From an uncultured bacterium (GTDB taxonomy: Bacteria; Patescibacteriota; Minisyncoccia; Minisyncoccales; UBA5738): a stretch of 64,000 nucleotides of DNA. Each line of letters begins with the position of its first letter. The stretch's first letter is position 1. Of this stretch, positions 1 to 8,379 are shown in pieces. The translations under genes were made by a program, and so were the position numbers. The stretch covers positions 8,292 to 72,291 of the forward strand of contig CAINCQ010000041.1 of the NCBI GenBank assembly GCA_903847095.1, read 5' to 3'. The notes beneath the pieces are model-generated. The model was not told the DNA's origin and searched no databases. It was given only the letters and a program-made list of their open reading frames with translations.

Positions 1-164
1 CTTCCCTTTTCTCTGAAAGCGAAACCCACCTCTTAATGGATTATCCGATTTACTAACCCAATAAGGGAAAAACAATAAGCGCGTTGTTTTTGTTTCCCGC
101 AAAACAATCGGGCTGATATCCATTGTTACGTCAGATGTTGACTGTGTCGAGATTAGTTGCATAT

Positions 165-1016
165 TCAATTTTTCCCGTTTAATTTCTTAACGTTTTTGGG
201 CAGTTTTTTATCCTCCGACTTTATTTTACGTTCCAGCTTTTTAATATCCTCCTCGGCAGGTAATTGTTCGGGGCGAATACCGCTTTTTTCCAACATATCC
301 CTCATATTCCGATTATTCTTCACATGTTCCAAGCTGATCGGCATTTCTCCTCGGATCGTTTCATCTTTTTTAACGTTGAGGTTGGTGATTTCGGTTGCCA
401 AATCTTTAGCCTTGATGGTTACCGAAGGCAAAAAGTCTGCCAGCGGCCGTTTCTCCGGCACGCCAAGCCTTTTCTTCATTTCCTGGGTTCCATAACCGCC
501 AAACAATTGCACGTCGCCTCGATTGCGGATACGCGCAAATCCTTGGCCGTCCACCCCGCGCTCAAAAATCAAACCCGAAAGTTGTTTTTCCGACGCGGTA
601 AGTTTTTCCCGCGCCTGCACCCGTTCCCAGATCGCCAACCTTTTTTCTAAAATTTCCTGTTTTCTCGTTTGCACCGCAAAATAAGTCATCGCGAACGCAA
701 TCGCGTCTTTACGAGAATCGCCGTTTTGCGCTATTAAATAGCAAGCGTAACGTGTGAGTATGATGTCGGCAACTTCTTTTTTGGCACCTGAACCGATGTC
801 GACCATCTTGCCGACGTCGGCAAAATGGTTGTGGATAACTTGGCCGACAGTTTCACAAGCGATTTTGGCTTTATCGATTACTTTCTCAAAATTACTCCAT
901 TTATCATAACCCAGTAAGACCTGCAATTCACGTGCGTACCAAAATTCGACACCCTTCTCCATATGGGCGCGGTCATCAAAATTTTTATGAAGCTTAACGA
1001 TTATTTCCTTTTCCAT
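165..1016 (-). CDS. dinD: DNA-damage-inducible protein D (DinD)-like protein
   Basis: Translation aligns by eye with E. coli DinD (W-AREL---LGY, VDIGSGAKK, ILTRYACYLIAQNGD, TYFAVQTRKQE). Start moved to internal ATG (MEKEIIV) at 1016; the ORF track extends to 1064. Confidence 0.7.
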   Translation of the reverse strand: MEKEIIVKLHKNFDDRAHMEKGVEFWYARELQVLLGYDKWSNFEKVIDKAKIACETVGQVIHNHFADVGKMVDIGSGAKKEVADIILTRYACYLIAQNGDSRKDAIAFAMTYFAVQTRKQEILEKRLAIWERVQAREKLTASEKQLSGLIFERGVDGQGFARIRNRGDVQLFGGYGTQEMKKRLGVPEKRPLADFLPSVTIKAKDLATEITNLNVKKDETIRGEMPISLEHVKNNRNMRDMLEKSGIRPEQLPAEEDIKKLERKIKSEDKKLPKNVKKLNGKN

Positions 1017-1189
1017 AAAATTTAGTTGGTTAATTTTTGTAACCGTCTTAAACGATATCTGCACCTCTCAAGCGTCCGATTTTTTCGGACAGTTTCTCTT
1101 GTATTTCAGTGTTATCCTTGGCCAGCTGTCGTCATTTTGTCGACAACTGATTTTATATAATTTTCAGTTGTCCGTTTTTTTTCGGACGA

Positions 1190-2704
1190 CTATTCAATTC
1201 CTAATTTTTTCAAATACCCGGCCATTTGTTTTTCCAGTTTTTTTAATTCCGGTTCCAATTCCGCCAGCTCTTTTAAATTCGCTTTAATATCGATCGGCGC
1301 TTCTTCCTCAAAGGTATCCACGTAGCGCGTAATATTGAGATTGAAATCGTTTTCCTTGCTGATTTCGTCAAAGCCCACTTTGCGCGCGAACTTTTCGATA
1401 TTCTTGCGGTTTTTATACGTATTGTAAATCTTTTCAATATTCTCCTCGGCTAGAATATTTTGCGCTTTGCCCGGTTTATACTGTTTTGACGCTTCGATAA
1501 ATAAAATGTCTTTTTTGTTTTCGTTTGCCCCGCCTTGCTCGCGCGACCGGTCAATCACCAAAATCGCCACCGGAATACCGGTTGTCTGGAATAATCCCGC
1601 GGGCAGTCCAATCACCGCGTCAATAATATTTTCCCGCACCAGCTGTTCGCGGATTTTTCCTTCCGCCCCGCCGCGGAATAACACGCCATGAGGCACAATT
1701 ACCGCGATCCGGCCGGTTTTTGGTTTAGCGGTTTCCACCATATGGGTAATAAAAGCGAAATCCCCCTTATCTTTGGGCGGCACTCCTCGCCAAAAACGCT
1801 TATATTTATCATCTTCGGCGTTTTCCGCTCCCCACTTTTTTAGCGAAAAAGGCGGATTGCTCACGATCGTATCAAATTTCATCAATTGGTCATTTTCCGC
1901 CAATAACGGATTATTTAACGTATCGCCCCATTCCAGCCGCGCCGAATCCATGCCGTGCAGAAAAATATTCATCCGCGCCAGTTGAAAGGTTGATCCGGTT
2001 GATTCCTGGCCATAAAGCGCGTAATTTTTTGAACCGTTTTTTTCCACTTCCTCGCCCGCCAGCAAAAGCAGGCCGCCCGATCCGCAACAAGGATCGCAAA
2101 TTCTATCGCCCGCCTTAGGTTGGGCCAGCCTTGCCACCAGTTTGGCCACATTGCGAACAGTAAAGAACTCCCCGGCTTTCTTTCCGGCGTCCGCCCCAAA
2201 CCGCTCGATCATATACATATACGAATTGCCGATAATGTCATCGCCCGCGTCCGCCAAATCAATTTTGGCAAAATCCTGAATCAAATGGCGCAACATCTTG
2301 TTGCGTTCGGCCAGTTTTCCCAAAACCGATTCGGAGTTGAAATCAACGCTAAACACTCCTTCAAGTTTTTCGCGATTGGCTTCTTCAATCCGGTCAAGCG
2401 CCTTGTTTAGCTCTTCTCCGATATTGTCCTGCTCGATAATGCTATAAATATAGTCAAACGATGATTCTTGGGGCAAATAAAACCGGTCCAGCTTCATTTT
2501 TTCTTCAATCCGCGGGCGATCGTCGTTAAATCGTTCCCGGTACTGCTCATACTTCTTCTTTGTTAGGTCGCTTAAATACTTAAAGAAAAGCATCGCCAGC
2601 ACATAATCTTTGTAAACTCCGGCATCCACTTGCGTCCGCGACGAATCCGCCGCCGCCCAAAGCACTTTGTTGAGGTCTTCTTGCGTGTATTTTTTTGATG
2701 TCAT
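1190..2704 (-). CDS. hsdM: Type I restriction-modification system, DNA methyltransferase subunit M (N6-adenine)
   Basis: 504 aa with an HsdM N-terminal helical region, SAM-binding DPCCGSGG motif and catalytic NPPF (SNPPFSLKKW). Sits 4 nt downstream of hsdS. Confidence 0.9.
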   Translation of the reverse strand: MTSKKYTQEDLNKVLWAAADSSRTQVDAGVYKDYVLAMLFFKYLSDLTKKKYEQYRERFNDDRPRIEEKMKLDRFYLPQESSFDYIYSIIEQDNIGEELNKALDRIEEANREKLEGVFSVDFNSESVLGKLAERNKMLRHLIQDFAKIDLADAGDDIIGNSYMYMIERFGADAGKKAGEFFTVRNVAKLVARLAQPKAGDRICDPCCGSGGLLLLAGEEVEKNGSKNYALYGQESTGSTFQLARMNIFLHGMDSARLEWGDTLNNPLLAENDQLMKFDTIVSNPPFSLKKWGAENAEDDKYKRFWRGVPPKDKGDFAFITHMVETAKPKTGRIAVIVPHGVLFRGGAEGKIREQLVRENIIDAVIGLPAGLFQTTGIPVAILVIDRSREQGGANENKKDILFIEASKQYKPGKAQNILAEENIEKIYNTYKNRKNIEKFARKVGFDEISKENDFNLNITRYVDTFEEEAPIDIKANLKELAELEPELKKLEKQMAGYLKKLGIE

Positions 2705-2708
2705 AGGA

Positions 2709-3287
2709 TTAGGTTAGTTTTTCAAAAATGGCATTGGCGATATTTTTTTTAATTTGAATTTTTCGTTCGCAAATTTCCCGTTGGTACCTTAAGTTATCTG
2801 AGAGTTTAACGATCGTCTCCTGCATGTCGATTGAAGGTATTGGGATTTCAATCTCAGACAGCTTATTTCTTGAAATTGAATGGATGTATGACCCGGTAAC
2901 GGATTTTAAAATCTTCTTTTGTCCTTCTTTCGAGTTGAGGTAAATTGATAAATATTCCGGAAGCACTTCATAGCCAGTTAATCTGGCAACAATAACCGAT
3001 GACGACGCAAGCACATTCTCGGAATTGCCTTGGATTACTGCCGCCCTGAATGACCCAATATTTGCACCGCGCAAGGTAAGTGCAATATCGTTTTTCCTTA
3101 AAAAATATGATCCATGAAAATTCTTAAACGATATCATGGTTAAACTTCGTAAATCGATGATCTTATTGCCCGTCGCGACATTCTTCGCTTGGAAAACAAA
3201 CGTATTGCCGTTTTTGTCCGGTATTATGGCTCCCCGAAAAGTGAATCCAAGAATTAAATTAGATATATCCTTTAGTTTCTTTATCAT
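2709..3287 (-). CDS. hsdS: Type I R-M specificity subunit, half-size (single target-recognition domain)
   Basis: 192 aa: one TRD-like region followed by the helical conserved region (IPIPSIDMQETIV...LRYQREI...). About half the length of a canonical two-TRD HsdS and directly upstream of hsdM. Confidence 0.7.
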   Translation of the reverse strand: MIKKLKDISNLILGFTFRGAIIPDKNGNTFVFQAKNVATGNKIIDLRSLTMISFKNFHGSYFLRKNDIALTLRGANIGSFRAAVIQGNSENVLASSSVIVARLTGYEVLPEYLSIYLNSKEGQKKILKSVTGSYIHSISRNKLSEIEIPIPSIDMQETIVKLSDNLRYQREICERKIQIKKNIANAIFEKLT

Positions 3288-3375
3288 ATAAGCCTCTGTA
3301 AGATCATTTTATATTATCTAGGGAATAAGTCAAGCACTACCCAAAAAGAAGCCCCTTTGGGCTCCTTTTAAGTTT

Positions 3376-3627
3376 CTAATAAATTCCTTGGCGGTGGCCG
3401 ATGGCGATAACGATAATCAGCAGTTCATTTTTATGAATGGAATAGATTATGCGGTAGGGCCAGATACGCATTGACCATTGGCCCAAGTGCCGACCTTCGA
3501 GTTTTTTTCCGGCATACGGGTCGTTGGCGATCACGCTGAAGGCCGCCAAAGCCCGGTAGTAATCTTTTTGGGGTAATTTATTTAACTCTTTTTTCGCGCT
3601 TGGCTTGATCCTTAGCTGGTATGCCAT
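3376..3627 (-). CDS. RelE/ParE-family toxin (type II TA)
   Basis: 83 aa from MAYQLRIKPSAKKELNKLP..., a typical RelE/ParE N-terminus and length. Overlaps the upstream antitoxin gene. The ORF-track N-terminal extension to 3684 is rejected. Confidence 0.7.
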   Translation of the reverse strand: MAYQLRIKPSAKKELNKLPQKDYYRALAAFSVIANDPYAGKKLEGRHLGQWSMRIWPYRIIYSIHKNELLIIVIAIGHRQGIY

Positions 3628-3940
3628 ATTTTTTTGCCGAATTTTGGGCGACCACAAAACCTTCTTTTGCCAGAAGCTCTTCAAGCGTGGTCCAATTTTT
3701 ATATTCGCCGGTTTTTACCGCTTCATCGACTTCTTTAACGTCTTTATCGAGATCGGGGAATTCGCGCATTACTTCCAATGTTTCTTGCCAGGAATCGAAC
3801 TGTTCGGCCGACATTAAAACCGCCTTGGGATGTCCTTTGTCGGTCAAGGTATAGTAATTATCCGGTTTTTGCACATCTTGGGCAATTTCAAAAATTCTTT
3901 TTCTGGCTTCGGAAATTGAAATTGTGGTTTTGGGATTCAT
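3578..3940 (-). CDS. Phd/YefM-family antitoxin
   Basis: 120 aa; the N-terminus (TISISEARKRIFEIAQDV...GHPKAVLMSAEQFDSWQETLEV) matches the Phd/YefM fold signature. Lies upstream of and overlapping the RelE-like gene. Confidence 0.75.
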   Translation of the reverse strand: MNPKTTISISEARKRIFEIAQDVQKPDNYYTLTDKGHPKAVLMSAEQFDSWQETLEVMREFPDLDKDVKEVDEAVKTGEYKNWTTLEELLAKEGFVVAQNSAKKYGIPAKDQAKREKRVK

Positions 3941-3949
3941 GATTTTTGT

Positions 3950-3976
3950 GTTATATGTACATAATAACGTACATCG
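3950..3976 (-). promoter_or_regulatory. Putative TA promoter/operator with two GTACAT repeats
   Basis: GTACAT occurs at 3957-3962 and 3969-3974 (ATGTACAT is itself palindromic), immediately upstream of the antitoxin start. TA operons are classically autoregulated at such repeats. Confidence 0.3.
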
Positions 3977-4160
3977 AAAAAGAAGTCAAACAGAGCGCCG
4001 ACTTTTTGAGTTTTCCGGTTTTAAACTGCCCGTCCGTCCCTCATCTTCCCGAATCATTCGCACCTTCGCGCTAATAAGGCGGGTAGCGGTAATTATTACC
4101 TTTTTTCACTATTAATCAAAAAAAGAGCGCCGATTTTTAGTCTTCGCTCTTATCTATTCT

Positions 4161-4826
4161 CTACGCCGGCGGCGGTTTCTGTTTTTCGTTTGGTTGATAT
4201 ATCCTTGATTGCGATGGTTCCGTTTTTCCCCCTATCGTGTTTTGGAAAAACTTTTTAATTTCCCCTTTCATCATTCCATAGGCGATGCCAACCAAAAGAA
4301 TAATAATGCCTAGGTCAAAAATCGGATCGATCAGCACATAAGCAACGGTAAAGATTAACCCGGCGATAAACACGCAATAAATCAGATTATAAATAATTTT
4401 GTCTTGCGGTGCCGGTTCCTTGCCCATTTTTTTATCCGCTTCGATTTTCTTAATAAAATGATCCGGCAGGTCCCAAAACATGAAAGCACAGAACAAGAGA
4501 AAACCGCCAACCACAATAAACAGCCACCCTATCGGCCCGGTAGTGCGTAAATAATTAACCCCTGCCAGGAAAAAATTAATTCCTGCAAAACAGCAAACCA
4601 AGGCCAGGGTTGCCTTAGTGATTTTTTGTCCGGGAGAATTTTTGCGTGCTTGATAATCCGAATATTCCCGGTCCGTCAGGCCGCAGAATCCTTTCAACAA
4701 TTTAGCTTCGGCGTCATCTTCTTCATTTTCTATCGGCGCTTCTACTTTTCTCTTTGGCACTGGCCAATCATCGCTCGTCGTTTCTTCGCTTGCCGCGAAC
4801 AATTCTTCGGGTTTCACGTAGGCCAA
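4161..4826 (-). CDS. Hypothetical membrane protein (acidic N-terminus, about 4 TM helices)
   Basis: ORF with four clear hydrophobic stretches. TTG start with a weak RBS, so the start is uncertain. Downstream stem (AGAGCG/CGCTCT) plus T-run. Confidence 0.5.
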   Translation of the reverse strand: MAYVKPEELFAASEETTSDDWPVPKRKVEAPIENEEDDAEAKLLKGFCGLTDREYSDYQARKNSPGQKITKATLALVCCFAGINFFLAGVNYLRTTGPIGWLFIVVGGFLLFCAFMFWDLPDHFIKKIEADKKMGKEPAPQDKIIYNLIYCVFIAGLIFTVAYVLIDPIFDLGIIILLVGIAYGMMKGEIKKFFQNTIGGKTEPSQSRIYQPNEKQKPPPA

Positions 4827-5079
4827 AGAATTTTTGTTTCTCGGTTTCCCGTTTTCATCAATTCCGAATTTCGTTTTTTCACCTCCATTCGTCGTTCGAT
4901 CTTTTTTTAAAGGACTGTTTGCCCGGAATTAACTTAGTTCTACGATTATTCATCGTACAAAGAGAAATGTCAATTGCTCCGGACTCTGCCAAACCCGTCT
5001 ATCCAACCATTCGCCTATTCGGGCGAATGAGTCATAAGATTTGCCTAAACGCGCAGAAGATATTTTAAATAATGAAATT

Positions 5080-5616
5080 TTAGCGATTGATTTTTTCGAT
5101 CGTGGATATGCCTTGGAGCGTATTCCGGTCTTTTATCAACTTACGCGCCTCATCAAACGTTTTCCAGGCGGTTTCGTGGAATTCGGTGGCGAGTAACGCT
5201 GGGTCCGGGTGGAATTCTTTGGAATTAAAAGGTAGGAAATACCAGAGGTCGAAATGGGTTTTACAGGGTTGGATGGGATTATCGATGGTGGTGATGGTGA
5301 GCAGCTTTGGCGCTCCGATTTCTGCGATTTTTATAAAACTGCCCCATTCTTCGTTGATTTCCCGGGCTAGCGCTTCCGGGGGCGTTTCATTTTTATCGAG
5401 GTGGCCGCCGTTGAACAACCATAAGCCGGATTTGATGTGGCGGCCGATAAAGACCATTCGTTTTTCCGGGTCGTAGGCCGCGAAGTAGACGCAGAAATGC
5501 GACCGGATATTTTCGTCCCGGCTGGTAGTTTGATCTTTAATCCTTTCCAAAAAAGCGGAACTGATGGCAGGCTCCGCCGGGGTATTTTCGATAAGGTCTT
5601 TTAAATTGTTGGCCAT
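5080..5616 (-). CDS. NUDIX hydrolase
   Basis: Nudix box GGHLDKNETPPEALAREINEEWG (GX5EX7REUXEEXGU). Confidence 0.8.
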   Translation of the reverse strand: MANNLKDLIENTPAEPAISSAFLERIKDQTTSRDENIRSHFCVYFAAYDPEKRMVFIGRHIKSGLWLFNGGHLDKNETPPEALAREINEEWGSFIKIAEIGAPKLLTITTIDNPIQPCKTHFDLWYFLPFNSKEFHPDPALLATEFHETAWKTFDEARKLIKDRNTLQGISTIEKINR

Positions 5617-5625
5617 CGTTTGGTA

Positions 5626-6306
5626 TTACTTTCCGAAGCGCCGCTGGCGCGAGGCGTAATCGGCAAGGGCCGCGTCGAGGTCGGCTTCCGAAAAATCGGG
5701 CCAGTATTTCTTGACGAACAAAATTTCGGAATAAGCGGCTTGCCAGATCAGAAAACCGGATAAGCGCTGCTCCCCGCCCGTTCTGATGATCAGGTCGACA
5801 TCGGTGGTCCAGAGGTTGTCCTTGATGACTTCTTCGGTGATATCATCGGGCTTAATTCCTTTTTTTAAAATATTCTTGAATGCTTCGACTATTTCCACCC
5901 GTCCGCCGTAGCTCATGGCCAGATTAACGATCATAACCTCGTTGCCCGCGGTTTCTTTTTCGATTTCGGCGATCTTTTTTTGGATCGATGCGGGCAAACG
6001 CTCGATTTGGCCGATCACCCGCAGTTTTACGTTCTGGCCGCTGAATTTTTTAAAAAAGTCGTTTACCGCTTTTTCCATCAGATCCATCAGATAATCGACT
6101 TCCTCTTTGGAGCGGTGCCAGTTCTCGGTTGAAAAACAAAAAATAGACAGGGTTTTAATATGTCTTTTTCTGGCAGCCTCGATAACCGTCCTAATGGCAT
6201 CCAGACCGCGCTTGTGCCCTTCCAGGGTTGGCAAACCCTTTTCTTTGGCCCAGCGGCGGTTTCCGTCGACGATAATGCCTAGATGTTTTGGGATTGTTGA
6301 GTCCAT
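5626..6306 (-). CDS. uppS: Isoprenyl transferase (undecaprenyl-diphosphate synthase family)
   Basis: HLGIIVDGNRRWAKEKGLP, FSTENW.R, RTGGEQRLSGFLIWQAAYSE and DF motifs of cis-prenyltransferases. Confidence 0.9.
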   Translation of the reverse strand: MDSTIPKHLGIIVDGNRRWAKEKGLPTLEGHKRGLDAIRTVIEAARKRHIKTLSIFCFSTENWHRSKEEVDYLMDLMEKAVNDFFKKFSGQNVKLRVIGQIERLPASIQKKIAEIEKETAGNEVMIVNLAMSYGGRVEIVEAFKNILKKGIKPDDITEEVIKDNLWTTDVDLIIRTGGEQRLSGFLIWQAAYSEILFVKKYWPDFSEADLDAALADYASRQRRFGK

Positions 6307-7247
6307 TTGAATAAGTAGTCGCCGTCTATCGAATAATTTGTCGGTAAAACGTACGGTGCGTTATAGCCAAGCCAGTACAGTGTTTTTTTGGCCGCGGACG
6401 CGGCCGATATTTCCAAATTAAAAAAGCGTTCCGCTTCCATCTTATATTGTAGGAAATTTGGGAAATTTTTCAACAGGATGTCGGCACTTTTAAGGCCCCA
6501 CACTACTCCCCCGCCCGACCAGGGTTTGGTCAGGCCGCTCGCGTCGCCGCAGAGCGTGATCCGTTCGTTTGAGGGCAAGCTAAAATTAGTCGGGATCAGG
6601 GCTGATCTTAGATCGGTAGCCGGCAGGTTGTTTTTTTCCAAAAACTCATCGAATATTTTTCTCGCGCGCTCCGGATTTTCCATTATTCCGTATTCTTGAC
6701 TCTCTCCTCTGGGGATCTTCCAGATGAAGCCATTTTCCGTTGGCCAGGTTTCCACCAAATCGGACTTATTGGATTTTTCGCTAAAAACCTGGATACCAAG
6801 ACTGTATCCGGATTCTTTCAATCCCAGATGTTTACGCGCCACCGACAACGCTCCGTCGCAGCCGATGACCTTGTCGAACCTGGTCATCAGGTTTTCCAGC
6901 GCGGTTTGGTCGATTTTTTTGCCGAGCGTTATGGTGGCGGTATTCTTTTGCGCGAGCCTCGCGGCCATTTGGTCAAGCTTGGCGTGCTCGATCACGTAGA
7001 ATTTTTTCCTGAAAGCGAGGCTCAGCGTTTTTTTGGGAAAATGGATGAGGCAGCGATTGATCCGGTTTTCGACCAATTCGCGGCTTTCGGGCAAGAAATC
7101 GAACAACCGTTCCGAGAATAGTCCGGAACAGCATTGTTTTCCGATAAAGGTTTTTTGTTCGAAAACCTCAACTTTATGGCCGGCCTTGGCGAGTTTTTGG
7201 GCCAGATACAGCCCGCAGATGCCTCCGCCTAATACCGCGACTTTCAT
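6279..7247 (-). CDS. FAD-dependent oxidoreductase, geranylgeranyl-reductase-like family
   Basis: N-terminal Rossmann dinucleotide motif MKVAVLGGGICGLYLAQKLAKAGHKVEVFE. Length and overall pattern resemble GGR/FixC-type flavoproteins. The 3' end overlaps the uppS start by 28 nt. Confidence 0.55.
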   Translation of the reverse strand: MKVAVLGGGICGLYLAQKLAKAGHKVEVFEQKTFIGKQCCSGLFSERLFDFLPESRELVENRINRCLIHFPKKTLSLAFRKKFYVIEHAKLDQMAARLAQKNTATITLGKKIDQTALENLMTRFDKVIGCDGALSVARKHLGLKESGYSLGIQVFSEKSNKSDLVETWPTENGFIWKIPRGESQEYGIMENPERARKIFDEFLEKNNLPATDLRSALIPTNFSLPSNERITLCGDASGLTKPWSGGGVVWGLKSADILLKNFPNFLQYKMEAERFFNLEISAASAAKKTLYWLGYNAPYVLPTNYSIDGDYLFKWTQQSQNI

Positions 7248-7363
7248 AAAAATATTCTACAGGAAATAGACGGATATACAAGCTGGTTTGGATCCGATCT
7301 TGCTTGATTGACGTGCTTATTGGTACGTGATAAGAATAACCCAGAACCTTAGGAGGTAAGACA

Positions 7364-7846
7364 TTGAAAAAAAGATACCTAAAAGACATCCTGATTTTCC
7401 ACGATTTTCACGAGGAAAGCGGGCATCTTTGGATAGCGATCAACCATTTAAAAGAATTATCGGCCGGTCATATCGGTAATCCGTTATCGACCTCGACGAT
7501 CCATTCGTACGGATTGAATTCGTCCGCCGAGATCAAAGGAGCGTTATCAGGATACGTTAACCATGAATTCAAGGACGATTTGTTCCTGATACTTACCCGA
7601 TCGGCCTATCCGGAAGCCAATGCCGTTGTCGTTAGAACCCGTTCGGGATACACGATCATTGGTCCCGATGACGGAAGCCTGGGATTCATACCGGCCGACG
7701 ATTTGATGGAGCTATGGGTTATAAGCGAGCCCTGGTGCTACAATGAGTTTTCGCGCCGATTATTCGCGGCAGCGGCTCTTGCCCAAGGAAAACCATTGGA
7801 TGAGTTTGGCAAAATCGCCGAGGCTACCGATGTTAAAAGACGATAG
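7364..7846 (+). CDS. Hypothetical protein resembling the N-terminal domain of SAM hydroxide adenosyltransferase (DUF62), degenerate
   Basis: AGGAGG RBS 7 nt before a TTG start. Segments ILIFHDF, SGYTIIGPDDGSLGFI and FSRRLFAAAALAQGKPLDEFG parallel the DUF62 N-domain blocks (TDFG / fVgPDNGlL / FHGRDiFAPvAA.LA.G). The C-terminal domain is absent. Confidence 0.35.
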   Translation: MKKRYLKDILIFHDFHEESGHLWIAINHLKELSAGHIGNPLSTSTIHSYGLNSSAEIKGALSGYVNHEFKDDLFLILTRSAYPEANAVVVRTRSGYTIIGPDDGSLGFIPADDLMELWVISEPWCYNEFSRRLFAAAALAQGKPLDEFGKIAEATDVKRR

Positions 7847-7946
7847 TAGTTGAATTGCTTAGGCGCCAATCGCGCCTTTTTCCTTGGTTAGGCGGGTCAG
7901 AGCGCGGTAGTCCGGGTTTTTGGGCGATCGTTCTATCCCCTGCCTT

Positions 7947-7975
7947 TTGACAAGAATGGGTTTTTTTGCTATTAT
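7947..7975 (+). promoter_or_regulatory. Sigma70-like promoter of rpmA
   Basis: TTGACA (7947-7952), 17 nt spacer, TATTAT (7970-7975). Confidence 0.5.
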
Positions 7976-8028
7976 CGAGATGTTTCGTATTATCAGGTTA
8001 TTAGGACGTATTATTAAATAATAAAATT

Positions 8029-8319
8029 ATGGCAAAGACTAAAGCCGCGGGCGGTACGCATCTTGGAAGGGATTCCCGCCCCAAATTCTTGGGCGTTAAA
8101 GTTTCCGCCGGAGAAACAGTTAAAATCGGGAGCGTGATCATCCGTCAGCGGGGATCCAGTTTTGTGGCCGGCAATAACGTTAAGACGGGCCGCGATTATA
8201 CCCTTTATTCGGCTATCAATGGCGTTGTTTCGTTCGCCTCCAAAAGAAAGAAAGGATATGACAATAAGCAGCGGATGGTAAAGATCGTAAACGTTTTGGA
8301 AGCGGTTCCCAAAAAATAA
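8029..8319 (+). CDS. rpmA: 50S ribosomal protein L27
   Basis: MAKTKAAGGT.LGRDS.PK.LGVK...G..V..GSVIIRQRG..F..G.NV..GRD.TL.S is the canonical L27 sequence. Confidence 0.95.
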   Translation: MAKTKAAGGTHLGRDSRPKFLGVKVSAGETVKIGSVIIRQRGSSFVAGNNVKTGRDYTLYSAINGVVSFASKRKKGYDNKQRMVKIVNVLEAVPKK

Positions 8320-8333
8320 TTTATCCGATCGCG

Positions 8334-8362
8334 AAAAAAAAGGCCTACGAGGCCTTTTTTTT
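8334..8362. terminator. Bidirectional intrinsic terminator between rpmA and pyrG
   Basis: AGGCC-TACGA-GGCCT hairpin flanked by an A7 run and a T8 run. Confidence 0.7.
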
Positions 8363-8379
8363 GTTAGGTAATGATTTTG

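Noticed and set aside
1065-1189. Two similar hairpins (GTCCG-T/A-run-CGGAC at about 1072-1091 and 1171-1191) and an imperfect palindrome around GTCGAC between hsdM and dinD. These were considered as a repeat element or recombination site.
   Set aside because: The stems are short (5 bp) and the loops are homopolymeric. There is no recombinase and no second hsdS cassette nearby. Most simply they are weak terminator or attenuator structures.
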